A stretch of 64,000 bases of DNA from Sphingobacterium sp. (GCA_040392845.1 JBEBVG010000002.1:1141-65140), one strand, 5' to 3'; positions 20,411-29,786 are shown, counted from the first letter of the stretch. Program-made: numbers and translations. The notes: generated by a model not told the origin, from the sequence alone.

Positions 20411-21532
20411 TTAATAACGGTTGATCGTAAAAGCGCCAGTGTCTGTAGGCATTTCATCACGTTCCAGGACCACGACATGTCCCCCTTGTTCGAAGACCAG
20501 GCAACTGAGTTCATTGATCACGTCTGTATGAAAGGGTTGCCTTTGCCCTACGGTTCTATTTTCGGTATCGATAGTACCGCTGATAGTTCTATCATTTTCA
20601 ATGACGAGGACGTCAATCTTACCATCCAATGCATCTTGAACGACACCCTGTAGCTCTGTGCTGCTTAAGTTTTCCCCGACGGCTAACTGATATCTCTCCA
20701 AAAGTGATTTTTTCTCTCTTTCAGCATTCTGCTCCATATTATCCTGAACTTTTTTCAGTAATTCTTCTTTACTTAATGCGTGTGGATTTATTCGAATAGG
20801 TAGAGGTGCTAAATTGGTGATTTTGCTAATTCTTAAAAAGTGGGGCTGATGCTCAGGAAGTGTCGCAAGTAGAAGAGGCTTTGTCTTTGTTACATTGAAA
20901 TTGTCCTGCACGGCGCGATCTACTTTTCGGAAGAACCTATCCATGTCGATATCTTCCTCCTGACTTTTTTCCATATACCCATGGAGACCTACGCCTTGAA
21001 CAGCTGAGCCGTGTAGATGGTTTTCAGTGAGTTCAGATCCCAGCGCTTCTGTCATGTTTCTCGGAATTTTTTCTGTTATATCAATTTCGTCCATGTGGTA
21101 TTTGTTTCCTTCGTAAAACCGGACATTGTCTAACCCCAGTGCTAACAAGTAATAGGGTTGATTTTCGTTGTAAAAGTTGAATAGAGGTTTTACACAAAAC
21201 GAATAGGCTACACAAGAAATTTCCCCGACCTCTTTAGGAAGTCGAAGAATCTTTGTTCCATGAGATGAACAGAAAATAGCGAGTCCACAGTCGTTATTAT
21301 CCCAAAATGCTTTGTCATCGATCAAGCGTTCTAAAGGAAGCAATAGGGGTGCATGATCTGTGAATTGATGTTCTTGGATATAGTTTAGTGTCTTCTTGTA
21401 CAGTTTTTTAAAGGTAATAGGGTCTACAGCGTTTTCAGGGTGGCGACGATGTGTTTTCATATAGAGCGAGATACATGGTTCTTCTTTAATCGCTGTTAGC
21501 TCTTTTAATAAATTCAAGTCTATACTTTGCAT
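20411..21532 (-). CDS. Bacterial archaeo-eukaryotic release-factor-like protein (baeRF3/7-type), probable Balon-like ribosome hibernation factor
   Basis: PCISLYMKTHRRHPEN, GLAIF, YYLLALG...RFYEG, FFRKVDRAV, PLLLATLPEH, C-terminal L7Ae-like GKIDVLVIE...GGHVVVL...RY; no GGQ. Confidence 0.75.
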   Translation of the reverse strand: MQSIDLNLLKELTAIKEEPCISLYMKTHRRHPENAVDPITFKKLYKKTLNYIQEHQFTDHAPLLLPLERLIDDKAFWDNNDCGLAIFCSSHGTKILRLPKEVGEISCVAYSFCVKPLFNFYNENQPYYLLALGLDNVRFYEGNKYHMDEIDITEKIPRNMTEALGSELTENHLHGSAVQGVGLHGYMEKSQEEDIDMDRFFRKVDRAVQDNFNVTKTKPLLLATLPEHQPHFLRISKITNLAPLPIRINPHALSKEELLKKVQDNMEQNAEREKKSLLERYQLAVGENLSSTELQGVVQDALDGKIDVLVIENDRTISGTIDTENRTVGQRQPFHTDVINELSCLVFEQGGHVVVLERDEMPTDTGAFTINRY

Positions 21533-21565
21533 GACATTATATATTGGTGAAACACTTTAAGGTAT

Positions 21566-21589
21566 AACATCTTGAGGATATAAGATGTT
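21566..21589 (-). promoter_or_regulatory. AAC-N18-GTT motif / 8-bp inverted repeat upstream of baeRF-ku
   Basis: AACATCTT-gaggatat-AAGATGTT, ~33 nt before the ATG on the minus strand. Confidence 0.5.
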
Positions 21590-21718
21590 CATGCGAGAAG
21601 AGACAATACGTATTTAACGCAAAAGATGGGAAGCTGCTGAAGTATAAAGCCGGATATTTGCTTTTCATAAAAACTTTAGTTATCATCAACACTTCATGGA
21701 TTAGTAAAAAAGAAAGAT

Positions 21719-22633
21719 ATGATGTTTAAAAAACTCGTTGCCGTAGAACCATTGAATTTGATTCCATCGGCTGAGAAGGCGTTATTCGATTATGCTGAAG
21801 AGGTAGTGATGTATGACAATATGCCTTCTACAGTAGAAGAAATGGCTTCACGTATCGGTGATGCTGACGCGGTATTGATCAGTTATACTTCTACTTTGGG
21901 TAAAGATGCATTAGAACACTGTCCTCATGTGAGGTACATCGGCATGTGCTGTTCATTGTATACGCCCGAGAGTGCAAATGTGGATATTTTGTACGCACAG
22001 TCCAGGGGCATGACGGTGTTAGGCGTCAGAGATTATGGTGATGAAGGTGTTGTGGAATATGTGGTGAGCGAACTCGTACGTTGTTTACATGGTTTTGGTG
22101 TAAAAAAAGATGGCAGCCCAAAGGAACCCTGGGATGGCGTTCCCCGGGAAATAACGGGGATTAAAGCCGGGATTGTCGGATTGGGTAAGTCCGGAGGAAT
22201 GGTTGCAGATGCCTTGAAATTCTTTGGTGCAGATATTTCTTATTTTGCCCGCTCGGAAAAGCAAGAAGCTAAACAGAAAGGCTACCGGTTTTTACCGCTA
22301 AGGCAGCTATTAAAAGAAAGTGAGGTGATTGTCACCTGCCTGAATAAAAATACGGTGTTGCTACATACAGAAGAATTTGTCGCAATGGGTGATAAAAAAA
22401 TATTATTCAATACCGGGCTCTCCCCGGCTTGGGACGAAGAACCGTTTGCGAAATGGATAGATAAGGACAATATCTGTTATTGCGATACATTGATTGCTCT
22501 CGGTAATACGAAGTTTTTAACACACCCCCATGTGAACTGTATGGGGGTGTCGGTTGGCCGCACACGTCAGGCATTTGATCGCCTGAGCGAAAAGGTACTG
22601 GCAAATATCGAGACGTTTCTCAAAAGACGATAG
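21719..22633 (+). CDS. D-isomer-specific 2-hydroxyacid dehydrogenase-like NAD(P)-binding protein
   Basis: GIVGLGKSG Rossmann motif, DADAVLI, NVDI, LRQLLKESEVIVTCL. The canonical NxARG is replaced by NTGLS. Confidence 0.75.
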   Translation: MMFKKLVAVEPLNLIPSAEKALFDYAEEVVMYDNMPSTVEEMASRIGDADAVLISYTSTLGKDALEHCPHVRYIGMCCSLYTPESANVDILYAQSRGMTVLGVRDYGDEGVVEYVVSELVRCLHGFGVKKDGSPKEPWDGVPREITGIKAGIVGLGKSGGMVADALKFFGADISYFARSEKQEAKQKGYRFLPLRQLLKESEVIVTCLNKNTVLLHTEEFVAMGDKKILFNTGLSPAWDEEPFAKWIDKDNICYCDTLIALGNTKFLTHPHVNCMGVSVGRTRQAFDRLSEKVLANIETFLKRR

Positions 22634-23420
22634 GAGACACAATATTTCTTAACGTGTTGACGATACTCCAGCCTGCAATTTCAGCTGTAGAACTATAGAC
22701 ATCGATCACCGCATGGACTTGGTCATTTTTGATTTCTATGCGGTGATCGTCTCCTACAAACCCGGGAGTAGACGTCATGGATACTTTCATGTTTTCTGGG
22801 CCTACAGAAGCAATAGACGCCGCGACGGAAACATTGACCTTCGTAGGAAATAGGGCAATAGCGTCGATAGCGTTTCCTTCAAAGACTTTCCTTTGTTCTG
22901 TTTGCAGCGATTCATCGTATACCGCGGTATTTTTTAGGGAGTTCGGTCCTTTCTCCGTATGGAAAGTTGCTGTACATTCGCCCATAAGCGTTGTCGTACG
23001 TAACACGTCTAGTCCACCGATGGCTCCGGACGCAATATGCACTCTGCTATTGTGCTGTTTTGCCGTAAGGGTGACTTTCTCGTAAAAAAACGAGTCAGCA
23101 AACGCGCCGATAGATAGTGTCACAATAGAAGACCCGTTCGCCAGGGCGGCTACGGCGAACTCTTTCAATGAATCGGGAGAAGCTGTCTCGACAATATAAT
23201 CAGGTTTCGTGGCCAGTAGTTCTTCCAAAGTATTACATACATTACAAGTAACTTCAGGTGAGACTGCCTTGACCTTATCAGCAATCTGCTGTGCTTTAGC
23301 TCTCGTTCTGGAATAAGTGGCAATAAGCTGGTATTCCGTTAATAAATTAGCATTCAATGCATCAATAACTATTGCGGCCAGTTTTCCGCAACCTACAATG
23401 GCCAATGTCTTTTTTTCCAT
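22620..23420 (-). CDS. nadX: L-aspartate dehydrogenase family (NadX/DUF108)
   Basis: AIVGCGK, VETAS, LSIGAFAD, SGAIGGLD, FEGNAIDAIALFPTKVNVS, SSTAEIAGWS. Confidence 0.75.
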   Translation of the reverse strand: MEKKTLAIVGCGKLAAIVIDALNANLLTEYQLIATYSRTRAKAQQIADKVKAVSPEVTCNVCNTLEELLATKPDYIVETASPDSLKEFAVAALANGSSIVTLSIGAFADSFFYEKVTLTAKQHNSRVHIASGAIGGLDVLRTTTLMGECTATFHTEKGPNSLKNTAVYDESLQTEQRKVFEGNAIDAIALFPTKVNVSVAASIASVGPENMKVSMTSTPGFVGDDHRIEIKNDQVHAVIDVYSSTAEIAGWSIVNTLRNIVSPIVF

Positions 23421-23483
23421 AGCGCCGAACATAGGACTTTTTTTTAATAATAAAAACTTATTGGTAAATAATCTAAATTTATC

Positions 23484-23491
23484 TAAGTTTG
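23484..23491 (+). promoter_or_regulatory. Bacteroidota housekeeping -7 element (TAnnTTTG)
   Basis: TAAGTTTG upstream of the rhodanese gene. Similar elements precede 25364, 28511, 35493, 37696 and 60571 (+) and gcvT, apaG, pdhB, metK and GDPD (-). Confidence 0.6.
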
Positions 23492-23508
23492 GCTAAAAAT
23501 AGATTCTT

Positions 23509-23823
23509 ATGAAAGAAATAACTGTTGACGAGCTGCAATCGATGATAGATGGAAATGCAGAATTTCAGTTGATCGATGTGCGGGAGCCTTTTGAATATGA
23601 GGTGTCTAACTTGAATGGTCTAAATATTCCTTTGGCAGGGATCAGTATCGAATCGGATAAAGTAGCAAAAGATATTCCTGTGGTTGTGCATTGTCGTTCG
23701 GGAAAGCGGAGTGCACAGGCGATTATGTTATTAGAACAACAGGGATTTACGAATCTATCTAATCTGAAAGGAGGCATTTTGGCCTGGAAGGAGGAAATCG
23801 ATCCGGAAATGGACGTTTATTAG
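23509..23823 (+). CDS. Rhodanese-like single-domain sulfurtransferase
   Basis: LIDVREPFEY, HCRSGKRS, LKGGILAW. Confidence 0.92.
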   Translation: MKEITVDELQSMIDGNAEFQLIDVREPFEYEVSNLNGLNIPLAGISIESDKVAKDIPVVVHCRSGKRSAQAIMLLEQQGFTNLSNLKGGILAWKEEIDPEMDVY

Positions 23824-23844
23824 GTAGAATAACAAAAAATTAAC

Positions 23845-23882
23845 AACGGGACAAAGTTAACTTTTTGTCCCGTTTTTTTTTA
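23845..23882 (+). terminator. Rho-independent terminator
   Basis: AACGGGACAAA...TTTGTCCCGTT stem followed by a T-run. Confidence 0.75.
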
Positions 23883-23910
23883 AAATTAAATATGTATCAA
23901 ATTAGAACTA

Positions 23911-25326
23911 ATGTCAGAGAATCACTACAGTTTTTTTAAAGGTGTAGAGCGCAATTTTGATAAAGCTGCGAAGTTTACACGTTTTTCTAAGGGAATCTTA
24001 GAACAGATTAAAGCATGTAATTCTATTTTACGGGTAAAGTTTCCCGTTAGGATAGGAGATCACGTGGAAGTAATTGAGGCCTACCGCGTGCAACATTCAC
24101 ATCACAAAACTCCCTGCAAGGGAGGTATCCGTTTTAGTATGGAAGTAAATCAAGATGAGGTGATGGCGTTAGCTGCATTAATGACGTATAAATGTGCAGT
24201 AGTCAATGTTCCTTTTGGAGGCGCAAAGGGAGGAGTTAAAATTGATTCACATAAATACAGCATAGCAGATCTCGAGCGAATTACGAGAAGATATACTGCT
24301 GAGTTATGTAAGAAGAACTTTATAGGTCCAGGTATTGATGTGCCTGCTCCCGATTATGGTACAAGTAGCCGGGAAATGAGCTGGATCGTGGATACTTACA
24401 TTTCGTTGAATCCGAATGATGTCAATGCGAGAGGTTGTGTGACTGGAAAGCCCGTTTCGCAGGGAGGAGTCCGCGGGCGGACAGAGGCTACCGGTTTAGG
24501 GGTATTCTTCGGTATCCGCGAAGCTTGTGCTATACAAGAAGATATGGAGAAGCTGGGGCTGGAAGTCGGTATTAAAGGTAAACGTGTCATTGTGCAAGGA
24601 CTGGGAAATGTAGGTTATCATGCCGCTAAATATTGTCAGGAAGCAGGAGCTATAATCGTGGGGCTCATCGAGTACAATGGTGCCATCTATAATAAAGACG
24701 GTATCGATGTGGAGGCCGCTCAGGCACATCGCGCAACTCATGGTTCTTTATTGAATTTTCCTGGAGCAACAAATATTATTGAACCTGCTGAGGGTTTAGA
24801 GCAAGATTGTGATATTCTGATCCCGGCAGCATTAGAGTCCGTTATACATAAAGATAATGCTGATCAGATTAAGGCCAAAATTGTTGGAGAGGCAGCAAAC
24901 GGTCCGTTAACACCGGATGCGGATGAGATTTTAAATAAGAAAGGTGTACTTATTATTCCCGATATGTATCTTAATGCGGGAGGGGTAACTGTTTCTTATT
25001 TTGAATGGTTGAAAAATTTAAGCCATGTACGCTATGGCCGTCTGGAAAAACGGTTTAGTGAAAACCGTTATACGGATATTGTTAATTCTATTGAAGAACT
25101 AACACACAAAAAACTATCCGAATCAGAACGTAAAATGATAATGAAAGGTCCTGATGAGATTGATTTGGTACACTCTGGTTTAGAAGATACGATGATAAGT
25201 TCTTATAGAGAGATACGAGAAACTTATGTGAACACTCAAGGGGTGGAAGATATGCGTACCGCAGCATTTATCTGTGCAATTAACAAGATAGGGGTAGCTT
25301 ATGAAGAATTAGGGATATTCCCGTAA
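23911..25326 (+). CDS. gdhA: Glutamate dehydrogenase (Glu/Leu/Phe/Val family)
   Basis: PCKGGIRF, MTYKCA, GGAKGG, DVPAPD, QGLGNVG, EAANGP, NAGGVTVSYFEW. Confidence 0.93.
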   Translation: MSENHYSFFKGVERNFDKAAKFTRFSKGILEQIKACNSILRVKFPVRIGDHVEVIEAYRVQHSHHKTPCKGGIRFSMEVNQDEVMALAALMTYKCAVVNVPFGGAKGGVKIDSHKYSIADLERITRRYTAELCKKNFIGPGIDVPAPDYGTSSREMSWIVDTYISLNPNDVNARGCVTGKPVSQGGVRGRTEATGLGVFFGIREACAIQEDMEKLGLEVGIKGKRVIVQGLGNVGYHAAKYCQEAGAIIVGLIEYNGAIYNKDGIDVEAAQAHRATHGSLLNFPGATNIIEPAEGLEQDCDILIPAALESVIHKDNADQIKAKIVGEAANGPLTPDADEILNKKGVLIIPDMYLNAGGVTVSYFEWLKNLSHVRYGRLEKRFSENRYTDIVNSIEELTHKKLSESERKMIMKGPDEIDLVHSGLEDTMISSYREIRETYVNTQGVEDMRTAAFICAINKIGVAYEELGIFP

Positions 25327-25363
25327 GAATCAGTATGTAAGAAGATTTTTATACTTTTGCAGG

Positions 25364-25603
25364 ATGAAGAAACATTTCATCCTGAACTTATTACTGAACT
25401 TGGGGATTATCTTTCTCATCATGAGTGGTGTGGCCGCGTATCGAAGCGGCAACATGTTGATCTTGGGGCTGTCAATTGCTATAGCGATAGTGCTCATCTA
25501 CCTTAAGGTAGTATTGTTGAAGCATGTTAAGAATGAGATTGTAAAGAAGCAGATGGAGAGGACCAGGCCGGTAAAAATGAAAAAAGGGCATTCTAAAAGG
25601 TAA
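25364..25603 (+). CDS. Small two-TM membrane protein (DUF6358-like)
   Basis: Two hydrophobic helices and a basic tail; TACTTTTG -7 element just upstream. Confidence 0.65.
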   Translation: MKKHFILNLLLNLGIIFLIMSGVAAYRSGNMLILGLSIAIAIVLIYLKVVLLKHVKNEIVKKQMERTRPVKMKKGHSKR

Positions 25604-25620
25604 AGCCTTTTAGAGTGCCC
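25586..25620. terminator. Hairpin between convergent genes
   Basis: GGGCATTCTAAAAGG-taaag-CCTTTTAGAGTGCCC. Confidence 0.6.
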
Positions 25621-25638
25621 CTATCAGGTACAGATAAG

Positions 25639-26718
25639 TTATTTTACAAAAGGAGGTTTTTTTACCTGAGCTTTGACGGCCTTATCGCGGATGCTGATAA
25701 AGATCTCAGTACCTTCTTTAGCAAAAGCAACATCCACATAACCTAGGCCAATGGATTTTTTCAGTGTGGGTGATTGTGTGCCCGATGTTACCCGGCCAAT
25801 GACTTCTCCTGTACTGTCTACAATAGGATAACCGTGACGAGGGATTCCTCTGTCGATCATATCGAAGCCAATTAATTTTTGTGCAAGTCCCTGTTCTTTT
25901 TCAGCTTTCAGGTTTTCGGCATTGACAAAATCTTTCGTAAACTTAGTCACCCAACTTAGTCCGGCAGCGAAAGGAGAGGTCGTATCATCAATGTCATTTC
26001 CGTAAAGGCAAAAGCCCATTTCCAGACGAAGTGTATCACGGGCACCGAGGCCTACCGGTTTGATACCGTAAGATGCGCCGGCCTCGAATATGGCATCCCA
26101 TATTTTTCTGGCATCTTCGTTTGCAACATAAATTTCGAAACCTCCGGCGCCAGTGTATCCTGTAGCAGAGACTATTACATTGTTTATCCCTGCGAATGTG
26201 CCTTTGGTAAAGGTATAGTATTCCATAGAAGCTAATTCAATCTCCGTGAGACTTTGAAGAGCCTCCGCAGCTTTGGGGCCCTGAACAGCAAAAAGGGATG
26301 TTCTATCGGAGATGTTTTTCATCTCCACACCATAGGTATTATATTTGCTGATCCAATTCCAGTCTTTTTCAATATTGGAAGCATTGACAACAAGCAGATA
26401 AGTCTGTGCATCAATTTTGTATGTTAAAAAGTCGTCCACTATGCCTCCTTCTTCATTCGGTATATAGGCATACTGGACCTTACCATCATATAACTTAGAA
26501 GCATCGTTTGATGATATCTTTTGAATAAGGTCTAATGCTTTTTCCCCTTTCAATATAAATTCACCCATATGGCTAACATCAAATACACCTACGGTCCTAC
26601 GTACTGTTTCGTGCTCATCATTAATGCCAGAATATTGTACGGGCATATTGAAGCCTGCGAAAGGTACCATCTTGGCGCCCAAGGAAACGTGTAAGTCTGT
26701 TAATGTTGTGTTTTTCAT
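25639..26718 (-). CDS. gcvT: Glycine cleavage system aminomethyltransferase T
   Basis: [44 protein letters not shown]. The start is ATG 26718; the ORF-track extension runs through the promoter. Confidence 0.97.
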   Translation of the reverse strand: MKNTTLTDLHVSLGAKMVPFAGFNMPVQYSGINDEHETVRRTVGVFDVSHMGEFILKGEKALDLIQKISSNDASKLYDGKVQYAYIPNEEGGIVDDFLTYKIDAQTYLLVVNASNIEKDWNWISKYNTYGVEMKNISDRTSLFAVQGPKAAEALQSLTEIELASMEYYTFTKGTFAGINNVIVSATGYTGAGGFEIYVANEDARKIWDAIFEAGASYGIKPVGLGARDTLRLEMGFCLYGNDIDDTTSPFAAGLSWVTKFTKDFVNAENLKAEKEQGLAQKLIGFDMIDRGIPRHGYPIVDSTGEVIGRVTSGTQSPTLKKSIGLGYVDVAFAKEGTEIFISIRDKAVKAQVKKPPFVK

Positions 26719-26784
26719 TATATAATTAATTATACCTCTCTTTGCAAAAATAACAGTAAAAAAGATATTTACCTCATCCACTTA

Positions 26785-26976
26785 GAGCCTGTTTAAATTT
26801 TATTGCTAAATATTTTTATAGCTATTTTGAGAAGGATTTTTTGCTTCGTGTTTGCAGATTTAGCGGGCTAAATCCAAAATAGGAAGTGAAAAATAGACAC
26901 AAAAGAGCATCAAAATATAGCAAAGACAAATTCAAGATAGGCATAATAAAATTTCGTTAAAATTTTAAACAGGCTC
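26785..26976. mobile_element. 192-bp non-autonomous MITE with 13-bp terminal inverted repeats and TTA target duplication
   Basis: TTA|GAGCCTGTTTAAA ... TTTAAACAGGCTC|TTA; internal hairpin GATTTAGC-gg-GCTAAATC (26857-26874); no transposase. Confidence 0.8.
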
Positions 26977-27660
26977 TTATATATCGAGCGATAAAATGCG
27001 TAGAGCCCGTTTAAATTCAGGTTGAGGGTGGGCAGTGATTTGGACCAATTGTTGGGAGGAGGGATGCGTAAAGGCGAGCGTCTGCGCGTGCAATAGCATG
27101 GTGTCCAAATCAAACCTTTCTTTCCATAATTTATTTTGCTTATTGCAACCATGGGGGCGATCTCCGATAATCGGATGGAAGATATGAGCGAAATGCCTGC
27201 GTATTTGGTGCATACGTCCCGTTTGAGGCTCAGCTTTAACAAAAGAGTAACGTGAGGTAGCAAATTGACCATAGGGTAAGTCGATTTCGGATCTGGCCAA
27301 GGTGTGATAGTGCGTGATGGCTTCTTGTGAATTTCCATTCTCTTTAAGGAGCGGATAATCTATTATCCCCCTATCGTCCGTATACCCCCGCACAATGGCC
27401 CAATATGTTTTTTGTACATGTCCTTTCATAAACAAGGTCTGAATGAAGGAATCTGTTTCTTTATCCAGTGAAAATAATAATACACCGCTTGTCTTCCGGT
27501 CCAAACGGTGTGCGGGATATACTGTTTGTCCTATTTGATCGCGTAAGAGCTGTAAGGCGAATGTCGAAGCGTCTGCAGCGATATTAGAGCGATGTACAAG
27601 AAGGCCATGTGGTTTATTAATCGCAACCAGATAGTCGTCTTGATAGAGAATGTCAAGCAT
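26977..27660 (-). CDS. truC: RluA-family pseudouridine synthase, TruC-like
   Basis: INKPHGLLVH, HRLDRKTSG, TGRMHQIRRH, HPIIGD. Confidence 0.85.
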   Translation of the reverse strand: MLDILYQDDYLVAINKPHGLLVHRSNIAADASTFALQLLRDQIGQTVYPAHRLDRKTSGVLLFSLDKETDSFIQTLFMKGHVQKTYWAIVRGYTDDRGIIDYPLLKENGNSQEAITHYHTLARSEIDLPYGQFATSRYSFVKAEPQTGRMHQIRRHFAHIFHPIIGDRPHGCNKQNKLWKERFDLDTMLLHAQTLAFTHPSSQQLVQITAHPQPEFKRALRILSLDI

Positions 27661-27665
27661 GAAGT

Positions 27666-28034
27666 CTATAGGCTTTTTAAGGTGTTGATGATTTCGTCCA
27701 CCTTTTCGTCAATTTTGGGTGAGAGCCATATGTGCTTGAATGCACCTCCACCAATAGGTGTTTCTTCGCCTTGCCATTTTATCTGAACTAAGGAAAATAG
27801 ATAATAATTTTTTATCACAATATTGTTGTCTACAAAACTGTGGACAAGTTTATCTCCAAATAACGCCATCCCTAATTGTACCGCATCATCATGTTGATAT
27901 TCAAGTTGTTTTTTAAGAATTTCCTTTGCTTTTGTCGTTAATACAACCTCGAACTCTTGTCTGCTTGGGTTGGTCAAAATAGCAGCCAGTATAATACCGA
28001 TGGAGAGTAGTGCAAATATCCTTGTTTTTGACAT
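27666..28034 (-). CDS. DUF4359-like protein
   Basis: N-terminal TM ending LTNPS; NYYLFS...IGGG pattern. Confidence 0.6.
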   Translation of the reverse strand: MSKTRIFALLSIGIILAAILTNPSRQEFEVVLTTKAKEILKKQLEYQHDDAVQLGMALFGDKLVHSFVDNNIVIKNYYLFSLVQIKWQGEETPIGGGAFKHIWLSPKIDEKVDEIINTLKSL

Positions 28035-28420
28035 TAATTTAATTTATAGTGAGCAATTAAGTTGAAACGTGGGATTTCTACCTGGAACAGTTCTCCATCA
28101 AACTGCCGTTCCATTGTATAGTAACCTTCCATATACCCCATTTCGCTTTTGAGATTACAGCCTGAGGTATACTGGTGTGATTCGCCGGGTGCCAGAGTCG
28201 GCTGTTCACCTACTACTCCTTCACCATCTACTTGTTTGTGCTCTCCTGCCGAATCGAATATTTCCCAGTGCCTGCGAATGAGTTTGGCGGTATAATCGCT
28301 GTTATTTTCAATAGTAATACGATAAGCAAACATATAATGCATATTATCCGGGTTAGAATATTCTTGTTGATAATAACATTCTACCGAAATTAAGATGCCG
28401 TTAGTGGATTGCGTAATCAT
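28034..28420 (-). CDS. apaG: ApaG protein
   Basis: FAYRITIEN, RRHWEI, GEGVVGEQP, YTSGC. Confidence 0.95.
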   Translation of the reverse strand: MITQSTNGILISVECYYQQEYSNPDNMHYMFAYRITIENNSDYTAKLIRRHWEIFDSAGEHKQVDGEGVVGEQPTLAPGESHQYTSGCNLKSEMGYMEGYYTMERQFDGELFQVEIPRFNLIAHYKLN

Positions 28421-28510
28421 CTCCCAAAAGTATAAATCATTGTTTATATTTCACCTGTTTATTTTATTTTTTATCGGTCAAATGGAGGGATATTTATTTA
28501 GGTTTGTAAT

Positions 28511-29224
28511 ATGAGAAAAGGGAAGCTCTATTTAATACCGGTTCCGTTAGCAGAAGGAGCGGAGCAATCATCGTATACATCTACGCATTCAATGATAATC
28601 AACCGTATCGATGAATATATTGTAGAAAATGAAAAGACTGCACGGAAATTTTTAAAAGCGGCGGGTTTAAGTATACCACAGAGTCAACTTATCCTGCATG
28701 ACTATGGCAAACATGCACGTGAAAAAATTGACTTTCATGAAATTTTTACCAAAATAGAGCACGGTAAGGATATTGGTCTGATGTCGGAGGCTGGATGTCC
28801 GGGAGTAGCCGACCCTGGCGCCGACGTTGTGCGCGAAGCACATCACCGAAATATTCAGGTTATTCCACTTGTGGGACCTAACTCTATACTTCTGGCATTG
28901 ATGGCATCAGGTTTCAATGGCCAGAAATTTATGTTTCATGGTTACCTCCCAATAGATAAGAACGATAGAATCCAAAAGATAAAAGAGTTGGAAGTGCAAA
29001 GCAAACGTGAAAATATGACCCAAATTTTCATGGAAACACCTTTCCGCAATAATGCGTTGTTTGCGGAACTACTTCGTGTTTGTAAGCCTACCACGATGCT
29101 ATGTGTAGCGGCTAACATAACTTCCGATGACGAAGTAATCGTTACGCGGACTATTACACAATGGAAACAGACAAAACCAGTCGATTTACATAAGATTCCC
29201 GCTATATTTTTATTATTTGCTTAA
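28511..29224 (+). CDS. Tetrapyrrole-methylase-family SAM methyltransferase (RsmI paralog)
   Basis: GKLYLIP, SEAGCPGVADPG, GPNSILLALMASG, FMETPFRN. Confidence 0.85.
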   Translation: MRKGKLYLIPVPLAEGAEQSSYTSTHSMIINRIDEYIVENEKTARKFLKAAGLSIPQSQLILHDYGKHAREKIDFHEIFTKIEHGKDIGLMSEAGCPGVADPGADVVREAHHRNIQVIPLVGPNSILLALMASGFNGQKFMFHGYLPIDKNDRIQKIKELEVQSKRENMTQIFMETPFRNNALFAELLRVCKPTTMLCVAANITSDDEVIVTRTITQWKQTKPVDLHKIPAIFLLFA

Positions 29225-29297
29225 GCTTTTGTATTTTTAGCTTTCTCATCACACACATACGTAAATTGGACAATAATAGACATCTGTTAAAATCATA

Positions 29298-29762
29298 ATG
29301 ATGGAGAGTATGAATGAAATGCTACAGGGTATAAGTAAAGAATACCTTGTACTGTTATTAGTTATAGCTGTTTTATTTCAGGTTATTTCGTTGATTCTTG
29401 CCTATCAGATACGTGCTACCCTACGGCTCGTCCGGGAGGAAAATCGGTGCTTAGTACCTGGTCAGGCTTGGGCGATAGCTATACCTTTAATAAATATTTT
29501 TTACAATTTTATAATTGTCAGGAGGTTGACAGATTCATTAAATAATGAGTTCTATGATCGTCAGATGGCAGTTGATGAGAATCCCACTCTTAAACAAGGC
29601 TATTTTATGGCATATTCTTTTTTGGCATTAAACTTTCCTTTACCGGCATTTATTGGCTATTTGATCGTTATCGCTTGTCTTATTTGTTATGTTAACTATT
29701 GGATAAAGGTTAATGAGCACAGAAAGCTGCTTAGGCTGGATTTACCAATGAATGAAGATTAG
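29298..29762 (+). CDS. Hypothetical membrane protein
   Basis: 154-aa ORF with 3-4 TM helices (PGQAW...IPLINI), co-oriented in the operon. Confidence 0.7.
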   Translation: MMESMNEMLQGISKEYLVLLLVIAVLFQVISLILAYQIRATLRLVREENRCLVPGQAWAIAIPLINIFYNFIIVRRLTDSLNNEFYDRQMAVDENPTLKQGYFMAYSFLALNFPLPAFIGYLIVIACLICYVNYWIKVNEHRKLLRLDLPMNED

Positions 29763-29786
29763 AGTTATTTATAAATATATGCTGGC

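Noticed and set aside
26910-27338. 142-aa minus-strand ORF overlapping truC and the MITE
   Set aside because: An alternative frame of truC with no recognisable motifs; not a transposase.
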